The position numbers and the translations under genes are program-made. A stretch of 37,877 nt of DNA from Oculatellaceae cyanobacterium bins.114 (GTDB lineage: Bacteria > Cyanobacteriota > Cyanobacteriia > Elainellales > Elainellaceae), in NCBI GenBank assembly GCA_033764315.1, contig JANRJA010000014.1, forward strand, positions 1-37,877. The letters are read 5' to 3'. The notes under the pieces were generated by a model that saw only the letters and a list, made by a program, of their open reading frames with translations, did no database searches and was not told the DNA's origin. Shown in pieces: positions 19,373 through 29,434 of this stretch. Position 1 is the first letter of the stretch, and each line of letters opens with the position of its first letter.

Positions 19373-20395
19373 ATGTCTTGGACAGAGTTAAGCATTCATA
19401 CAACCGACGAAGCTGTCGATTGGGTCAGCACATTGTTAGCATCAATTGACTATGCTGGCGAAACGCACATCACCCCTTACAGTCCCTCTGCATCTGAATC
19501 ACCAACACAACCAGAGAACCAGCCCAGTTGGGCATTTACAATTTACTTGTATCTTTCAAGCGAGTACTCCCCAGAGGAACCCGCTTTACATCTCAGTGCT
19601 CAGGCATGGGAAGAAGCCATCCAGGATGCCATCTTTCCTCTACATCGCATTGGGTTAGTTTCATTAACTCACCGTCTGGTGCTTCCAGAAAAGCCCACTG
19701 ATGTCAAAGCAGTGCAGCGACCCAGCCATCGCATTGGTCAGCATTTTGTAGTTTCTCCTGAACACCCATCCACCGCTCACTCACCCACGGTTCACCCAAC
19801 GGATGACATCATTCTTAAATTGGGCAACAGCCTTGCCTTTGGTAGTGGCTTACATCCTGCCACTGTCTTGAGCCTACAACTACTAGAACAATATGTGACT
19901 CCAGCCATGCATACCCTCGATTTGGGTTCAGGAACAGGGATTCTAAGCGTAGCAATGGCAAAACTAGGAGCACAGGTGCTGGCGTTAGATAACGATCTCG
20001 TGGCGGTGCAAGCCACTCAAGATAGCATTCAACGCAATCAGATCGACAGCCAAGTGACCGTGTTTAAAGGAAGCTTAGGAGCAGGTAGCCAATTGGGGCA
20101 CTGGATGGGGGGCGATCTCACTGCTGATGTCCCAACCTTTAGCCCAACTCACGCCTTTGACCTCATCGTCGCCAATATTCTGGCGCGAATCCACATATCT
20201 CTTGCCACTGACTTTCATAAGGCTCTGCGACAAACCAAGCCTCAAGGTGGAATCTTGATCACCGCTGGGTTTACCACTGATTATCAAGATGAAGTCAGTC
20301 AGGCATTCATACAAGCTGGATTTGAGGCGATCGACTCTGCCCAAAATAACGAATGGATTGCCTTGGTACACCGTCTGAAAACTGAATCTCCCTGA
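19373..20395 (+). CDS. PrmA-like SAM-dependent methyltransferase (probable paralog of ribosomal protein L11 methyltransferase)
   Basis: MSWTELSI, AFGSGLHPAT, LDLGSGTGILS, DLIVANILA. Extra insertions relative to typical PrmA. Confidence 0.8.
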   Translation: MSWTELSIHTTDEAVDWVSTLLASIDYAGETHITPYSPSASESPTQPENQPSWAFTIYLYLSSEYSPEEPALHLSAQAWEEAIQDAIFPLHRIGLVSLTHRLVLPEKPTDVKAVQRPSHRIGQHFVVSPEHPSTAHSPTVHPTDDIILKLGNSLAFGSGLHPATVLSLQLLEQYVTPAMHTLDLGSGTGILSVAMAKLGAQVLALDNDLVAVQATQDSIQRNQIDSQVTVFKGSLGAGSQLGHWMGGDLTADVPTFSPTHAFDLIVANILARIHISLATDFHKALRQTKPQGGILITAGFTTDYQDEVSQAFIQAGFEAIDSAQNNEWIALVHRLKTESP

Positions 20396-20399
20396 CGCA

Positions 20400-22115
20400 T
20401 TATGACCACATCTCAAAGGGAACGGTTTGTCCCCAACTGCCATCTGCGTTCGGACGATGCACCTCGACGTGTAAATGGGGAGCCGTACTCCAACCGTTAT
20501 GCCCACTCTCTGCCATTAAATCTCCTGTCGCGACTCGTTGACCCACCGCCACACGCACTGAGTTTTGCTTGATGTGGAGATAGGCACTACGATACCCGTC
20601 ATCCACCCCATCATCGTCATCCAATTTAATCAAGACATAGTTCACGTTGTTAGCATTAGCTAAAGAACCAGCCACGTTGGCCGGAAGATCAGAAACGCTC
20701 TGCTCAACCGCTACTACCACACCAGAATACATAGCATAGATGGGTGTACCAATCTCAACTCCATAATCAATGGCGTAATAATTTCTGCCAGTATGAGAGG
20801 CTTCCCCGCCAGGAGCTTGGCTAATGGGGCCTCGTCCTAACAGTGGGTCAAGAAAACCCGTGAGTGGGTTGGAGGCAGTGGGTGTGGAGTGAAGCCCAAA
20901 ATAACCTGACCGAGCAGCATCTTCTGCCGGGTTATCATGTCCATAGTTAGCCCACCCAGACCAGGTTGTGCCGTCCTGTGAGGTATTGAGAGACACGCGC
21001 TGGTTTGCACCACCCACTGTCAAAACCATCTGATTCGCAAAAACATCTATTTCTGGAGCGGTTTGAGCCATGCCATTGGCAGCTACCCAAGATTGCTCCC
21101 AGGTTTGTCCATTCGTGGATCGCTTGAGGTAAACGTTATTATCAATACCTCGAACAGCGAGATAAAGCTGATTATTAAATACACTTAATTCTGGGCTATC
21201 CGATGTTGGAACTCCAGCCGATGCCCACGAGTTCCAACGCACCCCATCCCTCGAAGAGCTGAAATAGACATCTCGATCGATAGCCCCCTGAGCCGCTATG
21301 TACAACCGATCGTTGAATACCGTCAAGCCAGGACCACTGCGGGAAGTACGCCCTGTATCTTGCCAGGGGTTCCAACGAGTGCCATCGCTAGAAGTTGCAG
21401 TGTAAATTTGGTTATTGGTACCTCGTATTGCAACGACTAACTGGTTCTGAAACACGGTCATCTCTGGGGCAGAGAGGGTTCGTCCACCAATATTGGGAGA
21501 TGTCCAGGTAGACCAGTTTTCTCCGTTAGAGCTAGAGCGCAGATAGATAGCTTGATCCGTTCCCTGAGCCAATTGAAATAACCGACCATTGAGCACTGCC
21601 ATAGCTGGCGTTTGATAGGTTGAGGCTCCTGTGTGTCTCCAGGCACTCCAATCACTGCCATTTGTAGAGGAGCGACTATAAATGAAATTGCTATTGCTGC
21701 GTGTAACCTGATAAAGTTTGCCGTTGAATACTGCTTGAGAAATAGTGTTGGACGTATCTGAAGCAATGGTAGCCGTCGATAGACTTAAGTCATAGGTAGT
21801 ATTTTCACGCTTATTACGAAGATAAACACGGACGTAATAAGTCCCTGCTTCTAAGACTCGATCGATCGCTTCTGATGTTCTTCCTCGGCGTGCTGATGTT
21901 TGTATAGCGCGGCCTTGAGCATTGAGCAACTGTAGATTGGCATCTCTCTGCAATCCATCGATAGAGGCTGCAAAACTGCTGAAACTTCTAACACGAACGC
22001 GAAAAATATCGTTTGGATTCCGCTCGTTGATATGTTCAGTTAAAACGCTTGATTGAGAAGCAAGATTGACGATTTTACTGCTACGCAACGTATTAACGGT
22101 TGAATTACTACGCAT
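20400..22115 (-). CDS. M23 family metallopeptidase with N-terminal PPC-like domain and central Trp-rich beta-propeller repeats
   Basis: PPC-like DANLQLLN...LEAGTYYVRV, about six ~47-aa repeats (P-x3-VFN.RLY.A.RG.D..VY...S.DG..W..W), M23 motifs SH...YAIDY, AYLH, GWSTAPHLH. Confidence 0.85.
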   Translation of the reverse strand: MRSNSTVNTLRSSKIVNLASQSSVLTEHINERNPNDIFRVRVRSFSSFAASIDGLQRDANLQLLNAQGRAIQTSARRGRTSEAIDRVLEAGTYYVRVYLRNKRENTTYDLSLSTATIASDTSNTISQAVFNGKLYQVTRSNSNFIYSRSSTNGSDWSAWRHTGASTYQTPAMAVLNGRLFQLAQGTDQAIYLRSSSNGENWSTWTSPNIGGRTLSAPEMTVFQNQLVVAIRGTNNQIYTATSSDGTRWNPWQDTGRTSRSGPGLTVFNDRLYIAAQGAIDRDVYFSSSRDGVRWNSWASAGVPTSDSPELSVFNNQLYLAVRGIDNNVYLKRSTNGQTWEQSWVAANGMAQTAPEIDVFANQMVLTVGGANQRVSLNTSQDGTTWSGWANYGHDNPAEDAARSGYFGLHSTPTASNPLTGFLDPLLGRGPISQAPGGEASHTGRNYYAIDYGVEIGTPIYAMYSGVVVAVEQSVSDLPANVAGSLANANNVNYVLIKLDDDDGVDDGYRSAYLHIKQNSVRVAVGQRVATGDLMAESGHNGWSTAPHLHVEVHRPNADGSWGQTVPFEMWS

Positions 22116-23050
22116 ATTGCTCTTAAAAAGCTTTATACTTAGCGTTCCCGAAAACACAAAAAAATAAATTTTAAGAGCTAAAAAATTGTTAAATTAGAAT
22201 TCTGTATATACACGTAAAAAAGTTACCTGGAAAAACTCATAAGTTATTTTGCCGACGTAAAAACACTAATTCATAACTCAGCAAGTGCCTTTATTCAAGG
22301 CACTTTGAGTATTTATTTCACACAAATCAAGCAAAGATATATAGCGTATCCCTGCTTGATCTATTAGCTTTGCAGTAAATTTGTTTTTAGCCAACTAGCA
22401 TCATCTGATCGAGATGAATCTTCCAGGGTTACAGACTCGTCACTCCACTCACATGATCTAGAAACATGTGCCTTAGAAGATATTGAGCAACCTTCTATAC
22501 CAATTTGAGCAATGCCAATCTGAGCAATGCCAATCTAATCAATCATGTGTCAACCACATAGTTATCGAACAGAGCGTGCAATAGAACGATTGTTGGCAAA
22601 CAAGAGCTATTACAAGATCTTGATAGAGCGATCGCACCTCTTATAGGTTTGTCTACATTACAACCTTAAAGGAAATTTGATGTGAGATGTCACAGTAAAA
22701 CTTCTAGAGTTTGATGATTAATTTTGTCTATTCAGCGTTCTATTTTTTGTGTTTTAGTGGTGTAAACACCGACTGGTTGCAATTCTACGTACGTTATGTC
22801 TCAGTTAAATTCATAGATTGAGCCTTTTTGCCACAGAATTTGCGTAAAATCCCCATTAAAAACCTCTCTCGGCAGAGTTGTTAGGATAATTACTCCGTTC
22901 AATCGGGGTGAATAATCTGGGTTTGACTGCTCATCAACGACAGATGGTTGGTCAGAAGCGGCTCAATCAGAGGCGATCGCACGATTGAGATTGCTTAGCT
23001 TAAATTTTTTAGTTTTGATGATGACCACAAACGGTGTTTGCTAAAACCCT

Positions 23051-23076
23051 GCATCCAAACTTCGTAGGGTCACGTA
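23051..23076 (+). promoter_or_regulatory. Putative ECF sigma (SigK-like) promoter upstream of the CHRD gene
   Basis: GCATCC-N16-CGTA resembles CATCC/CGTA-CGAA promoters of RskA-controlled ECF sigmas. A candidate cognate sigma is encoded next door. Confidence 0.55.
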
Positions 23077-23140
23077 CTTTTGTTGAGTACTCAACACTGA
23101 GGCTCAATCTGATGTTTATAGATGCACCAAGGAAAAAATT

Positions 23141-23806
23141 ATGCTCACCTGGAAGATTTGGCTCAAGCGCATTGGATTAGCTGTTGTGAGTTGCCTCTTG
23201 ATCGTTGGATTTCACTCACCTGTTTTTGGCAAAATGACGGCTCAAGTGACCCAACCCCTGGTTCAACAATCGGCTGAACAACAGGCTGAACAACAATCTG
23301 CCATAGCTTCCTCTTTTAAAGAAGAAGCCAATGCTAACTTGCAAACCGTAAAGTCAGTTTTGATGGCGCAAGGAATGCCAAGTAGTGGGTTAAAAACCTA
23401 TGTGGCAATGATGAGCAAAACGAATGTTGTGCCTGCTACACCTCAAACTCAAGCTTTAGGAACGGTTGGAGCAGTACTTTCGGGCGATCGCTTAATTGTA
23501 CGGGGTAGTTTTAGAAACCTTTCTAGTCCCCTACGCGACTATGCCATTGATCCCGTTAATCCTCCCAATCCAAACATTACCTCTGCCTTCCACATCCACC
23601 GGGGAATGGCTAGTGAAAACGGTCCGTTTCAATATGCTCTGACGGTCATGCTAGATGACACTGGACGGAGTGGCAGTGCAATGGGCGAGTATACGCTGAC
23701 GGCTGAACAATTGACAGCACTGGAGAACAACATGCTGTATGTGGATCTGCATACAACCCGCAATCGGGCTGGAGAGTTACGCGCAGTACTGATGCCCTAT
23801 GAATAA
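23141..23806 (+). CDS. Secreted CHRD domain protein
   Basis: Signal peptide, AFHIHRG...NGP, LYVDLHTTRNRAGELR. Confidence 0.88.
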   Translation: MLTWKIWLKRIGLAVVSCLLIVGFHSPVFGKMTAQVTQPLVQQSAEQQAEQQSAIASSFKEEANANLQTVKSVLMAQGMPSSGLKTYVAMMSKTNVVPATPQTQALGTVGAVLSGDRLIVRGSFRNLSSPLRDYAIDPVNPPNPNITSAFHIHRGMASENGPFQYALTVMLDDTGRSGSAMGEYTLTAEQLTALENNMLYVDLHTTRNRAGELRAVLMPYE

Positions 23807-23892
23807 GTCAAAGGACACTGGCTTAAGCCCTGCTCAGGTAAGGTAGAAAGGTTGCAGGGGTCGTCTTTGGGCGATCGCAGCGGTGGGTTGTC

Positions 23893-23992
23893 ATACCCAT
23901 TTGAATTGGCTTCGCTGCACATGATTCCGTAAGGGCGTTTCGCGAAACGCCCTTACCCAGTTATCTGCCACAATCAACCATTAAATCGGTGT
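23893..23992. mobile_element. 100-bp MITE (ATACC.ATTT ends); inverted copy of 31909-32008
   Basis: ATACCCATTTGAATTGGCTTCGCTGCACATGATTCCGTAAGGGCGTTTCGCGAAACGCCCTTAC... is the near reverse complement of 31909-32008. Confidence 0.8.
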
Positions 23993-24186
23993 CAGTCTTG
24001 TAGGATGGATATCGTTCAATTGAGTTTACGCTGGAGCCTTGCTGATTCAAGCGGGTAAGAATACCCACCCCTAATTGATTTAATCGACAATCCTACGCGC
24101 TTATTTTCCACCTTACATCAGCCGTTACCAATTAGGCTACTTCAGGGATAATAGGTCAGGGATGATATCTCAAGTATGCTGCCGAT

Positions 24187-24786
24187 ATGGATGCTGAACA
24201 AGCTGCAACTCCGCTAAACAGTGCTCCTGTGGGTGCCGAGCAATCGGATGCCCAGTTGTGGACGGCACTGAAGCAAGGGCAGGTCAGTGCTTTGGGGGTT
24301 ATCTACGATCGCCACGCGGCTCTGGTGTATGCCATTGCTTTAAAGACGATGAAGAATGCTCAAGATGCGGAGGATCTGACTCAAGAGATCTTTTTGCAGC
24401 TTGCCAGAACAACCTATGACCCCAAACGGGGAAGCTTGAGAACGTTTCTGGCGATTTTAACCCGATCGCGCAGTATCGATGGGTTGCGATCGCGCCAAAG
24501 AACTCAAGCCTCTTTGCAACGGTGGCGGTTGGGACACCATCAAGAGTTCACAAACAAACCAGAAGAAACTCTATATCAAGAGGAGTGCATTCAAGAAGTG
24601 CAAACAGCTCTAGCCCAACTTTCAGAAGACCAGCAACGAGTGTTGCGTCTGGCATATCACGAGGGGCTAAGTCAGAGTGCGATCGCTGAGCAACTGGGTT
24701 CACCGCTGGGCACCGTTAAAGCATGGGCACGACGGGGATTGCTAAAACTGCGTCAAAATTTGCAAGACGTATTGGAGGATGAGTAG
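24187..24786 (+). CDS. ECF RNA polymerase sigma factor (SigK/RpoE-like)
   Basis: DAEDLTQEIFL, YDPKRGSLRTFL, region 4 GLSQSAIAEQLGSPLGTVKAWARRGL. Confidence 0.93.
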   Translation: MDAEQAATPLNSAPVGAEQSDAQLWTALKQGQVSALGVIYDRHAALVYAIALKTMKNAQDAEDLTQEIFLQLARTTYDPKRGSLRTFLAILTRSRSIDGLRSRQRTQASLQRWRLGHHQEFTNKPEETLYQEECIQEVQTALAQLSEDQQRVLRLAYHEGLSQSAIAEQLGSPLGTVKAWARRGLLKLRQNLQDVLEDE

Positions 24787-25543
24787 CCGTATGAGTCAGC
24801 CGATTCCTCCAGAAGAACTCCAACTGTTAATTGCAGGTTATATTCTCAACGATCTGAATGATGAGGAAGCAGCGATCGTTGAGACACTGCTGGACGATCC
24901 AGAAATCGCAAAATCTGTGAGACACATGCAGCGAACCCTGGAAATGACGTATGACCCTCCAGAGGTGCACCCTCCTGCTCATCTGCGAGAGTCTGTAATG
25001 AAGAATGCAAATCGACTAACCGATCTACCCTTTCAAACTAATGATGTTGTGCCTCTAACAAAGTTGCCAAGATGGGTCAAAGGGTTAGGTGCGGTTGCGG
25101 CTACCCTAATCATTGGTTTGAGTATTAGTAACTATTGGCTCTGGCGATCGCTGCAAACCCAACAAGCCCAAACTCAACAAGCACCGCTTGTTTTGGCGTT
25201 GCAACCGACAGACAATCTAGATGCCCCTGCCAGTGTTTTGGTGGAGGTTAATCCTGACACCCTACAAGGGACACTCATGGTTGAAAATTTGCCGCCCCTA
25301 GAACCAGGAAAAGTCTACGTCCTGTGGACTGTATTGACTCCTGATGCGCCATTTACAACCGATGCTAAAAACGCCATTCTGACTCAGGTATTTACGGTCG
25401 AGGCAGGCAATCAAATGCAACCTCTCATTTTCCCTAAAGCATTTCAAGATCTGAATTGGGTGAAGGCGATCGCGATTACTATTGAAGATTCAGCAGAGCC
25501 ACAACGTCACAACTCAGTACCGATTTTGATACGACAACTTTAA
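24779..25543 (+). CDS. RskA-family anti-sigma factor
   Basis: LIAGYILNDL N-terminus, single TM, LPPLEPGKVYVLW and AIAITIE. Overlaps the sigma stop codon; start may be 24791. Confidence 0.9.
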   Translation: MSSRMSQPIPPEELQLLIAGYILNDLNDEEAAIVETLLDDPEIAKSVRHMQRTLEMTYDPPEVHPPAHLRESVMKNANRLTDLPFQTNDVVPLTKLPRWVKGLGAVAATLIIGLSISNYWLWRSLQTQQAQTQQAPLVLALQPTDNLDAPASVLVEVNPDTLQGTLMVENLPPLEPGKVYVLWTVLTPDAPFTTDAKNAILTQVFTVEAGNQMQPLIFPKAFQDLNWVKAIAITIEDSAEPQRHNSVPILIRQL

Positions 25544-25666
25544 CACTCTGTGCTGTTACTCAAAACACACTAATGCTCAGGAAAAAATCATATTTCTTTC
25601 AGACATTTCCTTTAGAGTAAAGGAGATAGCAGCCGTTGCAACGGTTAAGACAATCTGTGTTCTGGA

Positions 25667-27154
25667 ATGAATTTTGTTCGTAAAGCAGCTCAGATGGTAC
25701 ATCAAAGCAGGCGACAATGGCTTGTGCCTTCATCGTTGCAGCTTCGATTAACAGCAGGAATTACAGCCGCTTTAGTGATAGGGCTGGGAGGCGTAGCCGT
25801 CTGGATTAGCTGGACAATGCAGCAACTTCTAGTCACAACTCATATCCAAAACGTAAAGTACATCACCGATCGCTTTCCTCACGACGTCAGTTTATATCAT
25901 GAAATGCTGCCTACAGACCTCGCCGTGCAACGAGCTATTTTGCAGGCAGAGGCTGGGGTGATTGACAATTCACCGCATCTACTGATTTGGGTGACTCATT
26001 CAGATGGCAAGATGATCGCGCAATCTGAATCTCTCAAGAGTGCCCCTCAAGGGTTTCAAGACATGCTGTTGTCTCTCTCAGAGATGCCCATTCAGCCGCA
26101 AGTTTATCGCGTGGGTGATGGGGCAACCCCACTCCACACAAATCGCTATCTTCTGCTCTATAGCAATCCTCTTGTTGTAAACAACATCACGTTAGGTCAG
26201 TTTTATCTGGCTCAAGATATTACTGAAGAACAGGAGATGCTGATCACGGCCATTCAGCAAGTCAGTTTTGCCACGATTGTTGCAATCTTGTTACTGACCA
26301 TTGTGATTACTATTTACATCCGGCGATCGCTCCAACCTCTCCGCAAAATGAGCCAGTTTGCCGAAACTATCTCCCTGGAAGAACTAAGTCAGGCACGATT
26401 GGATCTGAGATATGCACCCAACGAAGTCCAAGAGTTGGCTCACATGTTGGATAAAATGCTTTCTCGTTTGGCTCGTTCTTGGGAGCAGCACCGTCAATTT
26501 GTTAGCAATGTCTCACATGAACTACGCACTCCATTAACAGTGATCTCAGGCTATTTGCAAAGTCTATTGCGGCGCAGTAGCAGCTTAACCAGTTCTCAAA
26601 AAGAAGCATTAGAAATTGCTGCCGCAGAAACCGATCGGACTATCCGGCTTCTACAAGATTTGCTCGAATTGGCCAGAGCTGATAGTGGTTATCTGCCCTT
26701 GCGTTTAGAGCCTGTTGTGTTAAACGATCTGGTTAAAGAGATTGTCGGGATGGGTGAAAAATTTAGCGATCGCACCATTCACATTGAAGCAGAGCAATAC
26801 AAGATTTACATTAAAACAGACCGAGATCGACTAACACAAATGTTAATCAATTTAATTGACAATGCTGTGAAATATTCTGACCCTGGCGAACCTATCGTTG
26901 TAAGTCTCGCTCAAACTGAGAGATGCACGACCATTCAAGTGATTGATCACGGGTGTGGCATTCCCTTGCAACAGCAGACACGGATTTTTGAGCGGTTTTA
27001 TCGAGTCGATGAGGCTCGTGCTCGCTCAACAGGGGGAGTAGGTCTGGGCTTGGCAATTGTCAAATCGCTCGTTGAGGGAATGGGAGGACACGTCACAGTC
27101 TCCTCTAAGTTAGGTGAAGGCAGCACGTTTACCATTACTCTACCGAATGAGTAA
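25667..27154 (+). CDS. Membrane sensor histidine kinase (2 TM, HAMP, HisKA, HATPase); no cognate regulator in the window
   Basis: FVSNVSHELRTPLT, NLIDNAVKY, IFERFYRVD, GGVGLGL. Confidence 0.93.
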   Translation: MNFVRKAAQMVHQSRRQWLVPSSLQLRLTAGITAALVIGLGGVAVWISWTMQQLLVTTHIQNVKYITDRFPHDVSLYHEMLPTDLAVQRAILQAEAGVIDNSPHLLIWVTHSDGKMIAQSESLKSAPQGFQDMLLSLSEMPIQPQVYRVGDGATPLHTNRYLLLYSNPLVVNNITLGQFYLAQDITEEQEMLITAIQQVSFATIVAILLLTIVITIYIRRSLQPLRKMSQFAETISLEELSQARLDLRYAPNEVQELAHMLDKMLSRLARSWEQHRQFVSNVSHELRTPLTVISGYLQSLLRRSSSLTSSQKEALEIAAAETDRTIRLLQDLLELARADSGYLPLRLEPVVLNDLVKEIVGMGEKFSDRTIHIEAEQYKIYIKTDRDRLTQMLINLIDNAVKYSDPGEPIVVSLAQTERCTTIQVIDHGCGIPLQQQTRIFERFYRVDEARARSTGGVGLGLAIVKSLVEGMGGHVTVSSKLGEGSTFTITLPNE

Positions 27155-27427
27155 TTCTCTTGTCTAAATTAGTTTTTGAGAGTGCTCAAACAGGAATTAT
27201 TTTTATCCAATGTTGTGAGGATGACAAAGATAACTCTTGTCACTCAAACACATTTTTGTGACTTCTAGCGAAGTAAGCGATCGCTTGATTTCTGATCATC
27301 ACACCTCTTATCTAAATCAATTGTTGAATGTGTGAGTAGCTCCTCATCAGAGCTATATAACCGTTCATACAACTATCCATTTTAGAAATATTAGGAATAT
27401 AAGTCTTAACTTGAGCCTGAGAGCTAC

Positions 27428-27454
27428 CTCAGCAATTCTCAGCTTAATTTCAGG
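27428..27454 (+). promoter_or_regulatory. Phased direct repeats, candidate OmpR/PhoB-type regulator site upstream of the DM13 gene
   Basis: CTCAGC-N4-CTCAGC-N5-TTCAGG with 10-11 bp period. Confidence 0.35.
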
Positions 27455-27558
27455 TTTATCTTGAAATTTCTTAGAAAAAAATCATTTTTTCCAGAGTGAA
27501 TCAAGTCAAGATAATTGCATGGTTTGAAGTCATTCCAATCTCGCAAGGAAGCTGAATT

Positions 27559-28053
27559 ATGAAACTCAATCGACTGGCATTAAGCGTTACTTCTGTCCTC
27601 ATTGTTGCTGCTCCAATGGTTGGCATCGTTGCATTTCAAGGCAAAGGTAATGCTGAACAATTGCCAGCACAAGTTGTTGCACAAAATCAATCTGTTGCGA
27701 TCGCATCGGGTACATTTGTTGCAGGTGAAGCTCCTACCACTGGTGTTGCCCGCATTGTGACTGAAGGCGGACATCGTTATTTAGAACTGGATGGAGCCTT
27801 TAGCACCAGCAGCATGGGTCCTGATTTACATGTTCTGCTTGACTCAACCCAACGCCCTCCACAGACCTACACCAACCTAGGAAGCGCAGTTAACTTAGGA
27901 AGTCTGCGTGAGTATACTGGTGCTCAACGTTATCCGATTCCCGATAGCATTAACCTCGCCAGTTTCAGATCAGTTGTGGTTTGGTGCCGCACAGCTAATG
28001 CAACATTTGGTTATGCTCCCCTTACTCCTGCTAGCAGTGCCAGCATTCGTTAA
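27559..28053 (+). CDS. Secreted DM13 domain protein
   Basis: Signal peptide, SGTFVAGEAPTTG, GPDLHVLL, GAQRYPIP, SVVVWC...FGYA. Confidence 0.9.
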   Translation: MKLNRLALSVTSVLIVAAPMVGIVAFQGKGNAEQLPAQVVAQNQSVAIASGTFVAGEAPTTGVARIVTEGGHRYLELDGAFSTSSMGPDLHVLLDSTQRPPQTYTNLGSAVNLGSLREYTGAQRYPIPDSINLASFRSVVVWCRTANATFGYAPLTPASSASIR

Positions 28054-28085
28054 TTGATGAGACGTTAAAAACGTCTGTAATGTCG

Positions 28086-28120
28086 TAAGCAGGCACCTTG
28101 ATCAACAGGGTGCCTGCTTA
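28086..28120. terminator. Hairpin between convergent genes, likely bidirectional terminator
   Basis: TAAGCAGGCACCTTG-ATCAA-CAGGGTGCCTGCTTA. Confidence 0.65.
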
Positions 28121-28129
28121 ATTTAGAAA

Positions 28130-29434
28130 TCATTGGACACAGTAAGTTGAGTGACCTACAAGAGACGACCAAACGGATTGGTTCCAACGCCCAAACTGAA
28201 CAGTAGACGCAATTAACCAGTTATCCAGACAATCAATCAACCACTTTAAATCTTCTTTAGCAGAGGTTTCATAAAACTTAAATAAGGCTGCAAAGAGCTT
28301 GGCGACGTGTTCTCGAATTGCCTTTAAGTTTTCTGGGAAAGCTCGACAAAGCAACACTATTTTGAGTAGAAACCCGATCGCAAATGTGGCTCCTAAGTTA
28401 GTAATCAGATCCACAAACATTAGATGATTCTCAAAGTTGCGAGATGTCGGAGGAACAATCAAAGCATCAATCAAATTACGACATAGATGCATCAAAAGAC
28501 GATGGTTGGGCTTTGAGCTATCCCGCTCTAGGGGAGTATTGTCTAGTTGTTTATGCAACCAATGATTAAATCTGTGTTCACCATACGCAGGTTGCGAGGT
28601 GTGTTGAATGGATTTGAGCAGATACACCCCAACGTGTTGTTTGACGCTGCGGTGAGTCGGCAATCGGTTAAAGGTTGCCAAAAAATGATTCGCACTATCT
28701 TGATATGAATGCGCTCCTTCCACTTTCCCAGAAAATCGATAAATCGCAGATCGCAAATCATCAGGAGGCAGAGAAGTGGGTTTAGAAATGCCCAAATTTA
28801 AACCGTCCTGAATCCCACGATTTTCTCGGTGGCAATGTTTAGCATAGTGAAACAGGGAGCTTTCAAACTCCTGTTCACGAGTGTGCTGGAGTTGTTTGAG
28901 GGCATCGTATCCTGAATCACTGTTATCCCATTCTTTCAGGTAGTAGGGATAGAGATAGGGATATTGGGAAACGAAGCCACCAATAATTTCAACTTCGTGC
29001 GTACTGCCTGGAGGAATGAAATTAATCACTCGCTCACAGTCACGCATTTGCTGATATTTCTCAGATTGCGTGAACCGCTTTAACTGTTGACGGAGCAGTG
29101 CCGTTGTGGGGGAGGAAGCTGGTTGATCAGCAGCCGTTTCAATCAATTTAATCAGATCAGAGGTCAACCACCAGCGTCGCTTTAGCCACCAGTAATTGAT
29201 GAGAATGTAACAGGAACGATTGAAGACATTGACAAAAAGTTCTTCTGCTCGGTCAGACTTTAGAATCCGGTGCAGAATCATCAAAATGTCTGGCTCTGGA
29301 TAGTGATCCCCGTCAATAAACAATGCTTTGAACCGACTTAACAGTTCATCGCTGTAGGCTGTTTCTCGAAGCTCTAACCAATGGGTAAACAAACAATTCG
29401 CATCAAAATCTAGATTACGGCGACTGTAAGACAT
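28130..29434 (-). CDS. Hypothetical all-helical protein of a conserved cyanobacterial family
   Basis: Long ORF with motifs RFKALFIDG.YPEP, NRSCYILIN.W, YPYLY, FVDLITNLG...GFLLKIVLLC. Start could be TTG 29482. Confidence 0.8.
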   Translation of the reverse strand: MSYSRRNLDFDANCLFTHWLELRETAYSDELLSRFKALFIDGDHYPEPDILMILHRILKSDRAEELFVNVFNRSCYILINYWWLKRRWWLTSDLIKLIETAADQPASSPTTALLRQQLKRFTQSEKYQQMRDCERVINFIPPGSTHEVEIIGGFVSQYPYLYPYYLKEWDNSDSGYDALKQLQHTREQEFESSLFHYAKHCHRENRGIQDGLNLGISKPTSLPPDDLRSAIYRFSGKVEGAHSYQDSANHFLATFNRLPTHRSVKQHVGVYLLKSIQHTSQPAYGEHRFNHWLHKQLDNTPLERDSSKPNHRLLMHLCRNLIDALIVPPTSRNFENHLMFVDLITNLGATFAIGFLLKIVLLCRAFPENLKAIREHVAKLFAALFKFYETSAKEDLKWLIDCLDNWLIASTVQFGRWNQSVWSSLVGHSTYCVQ

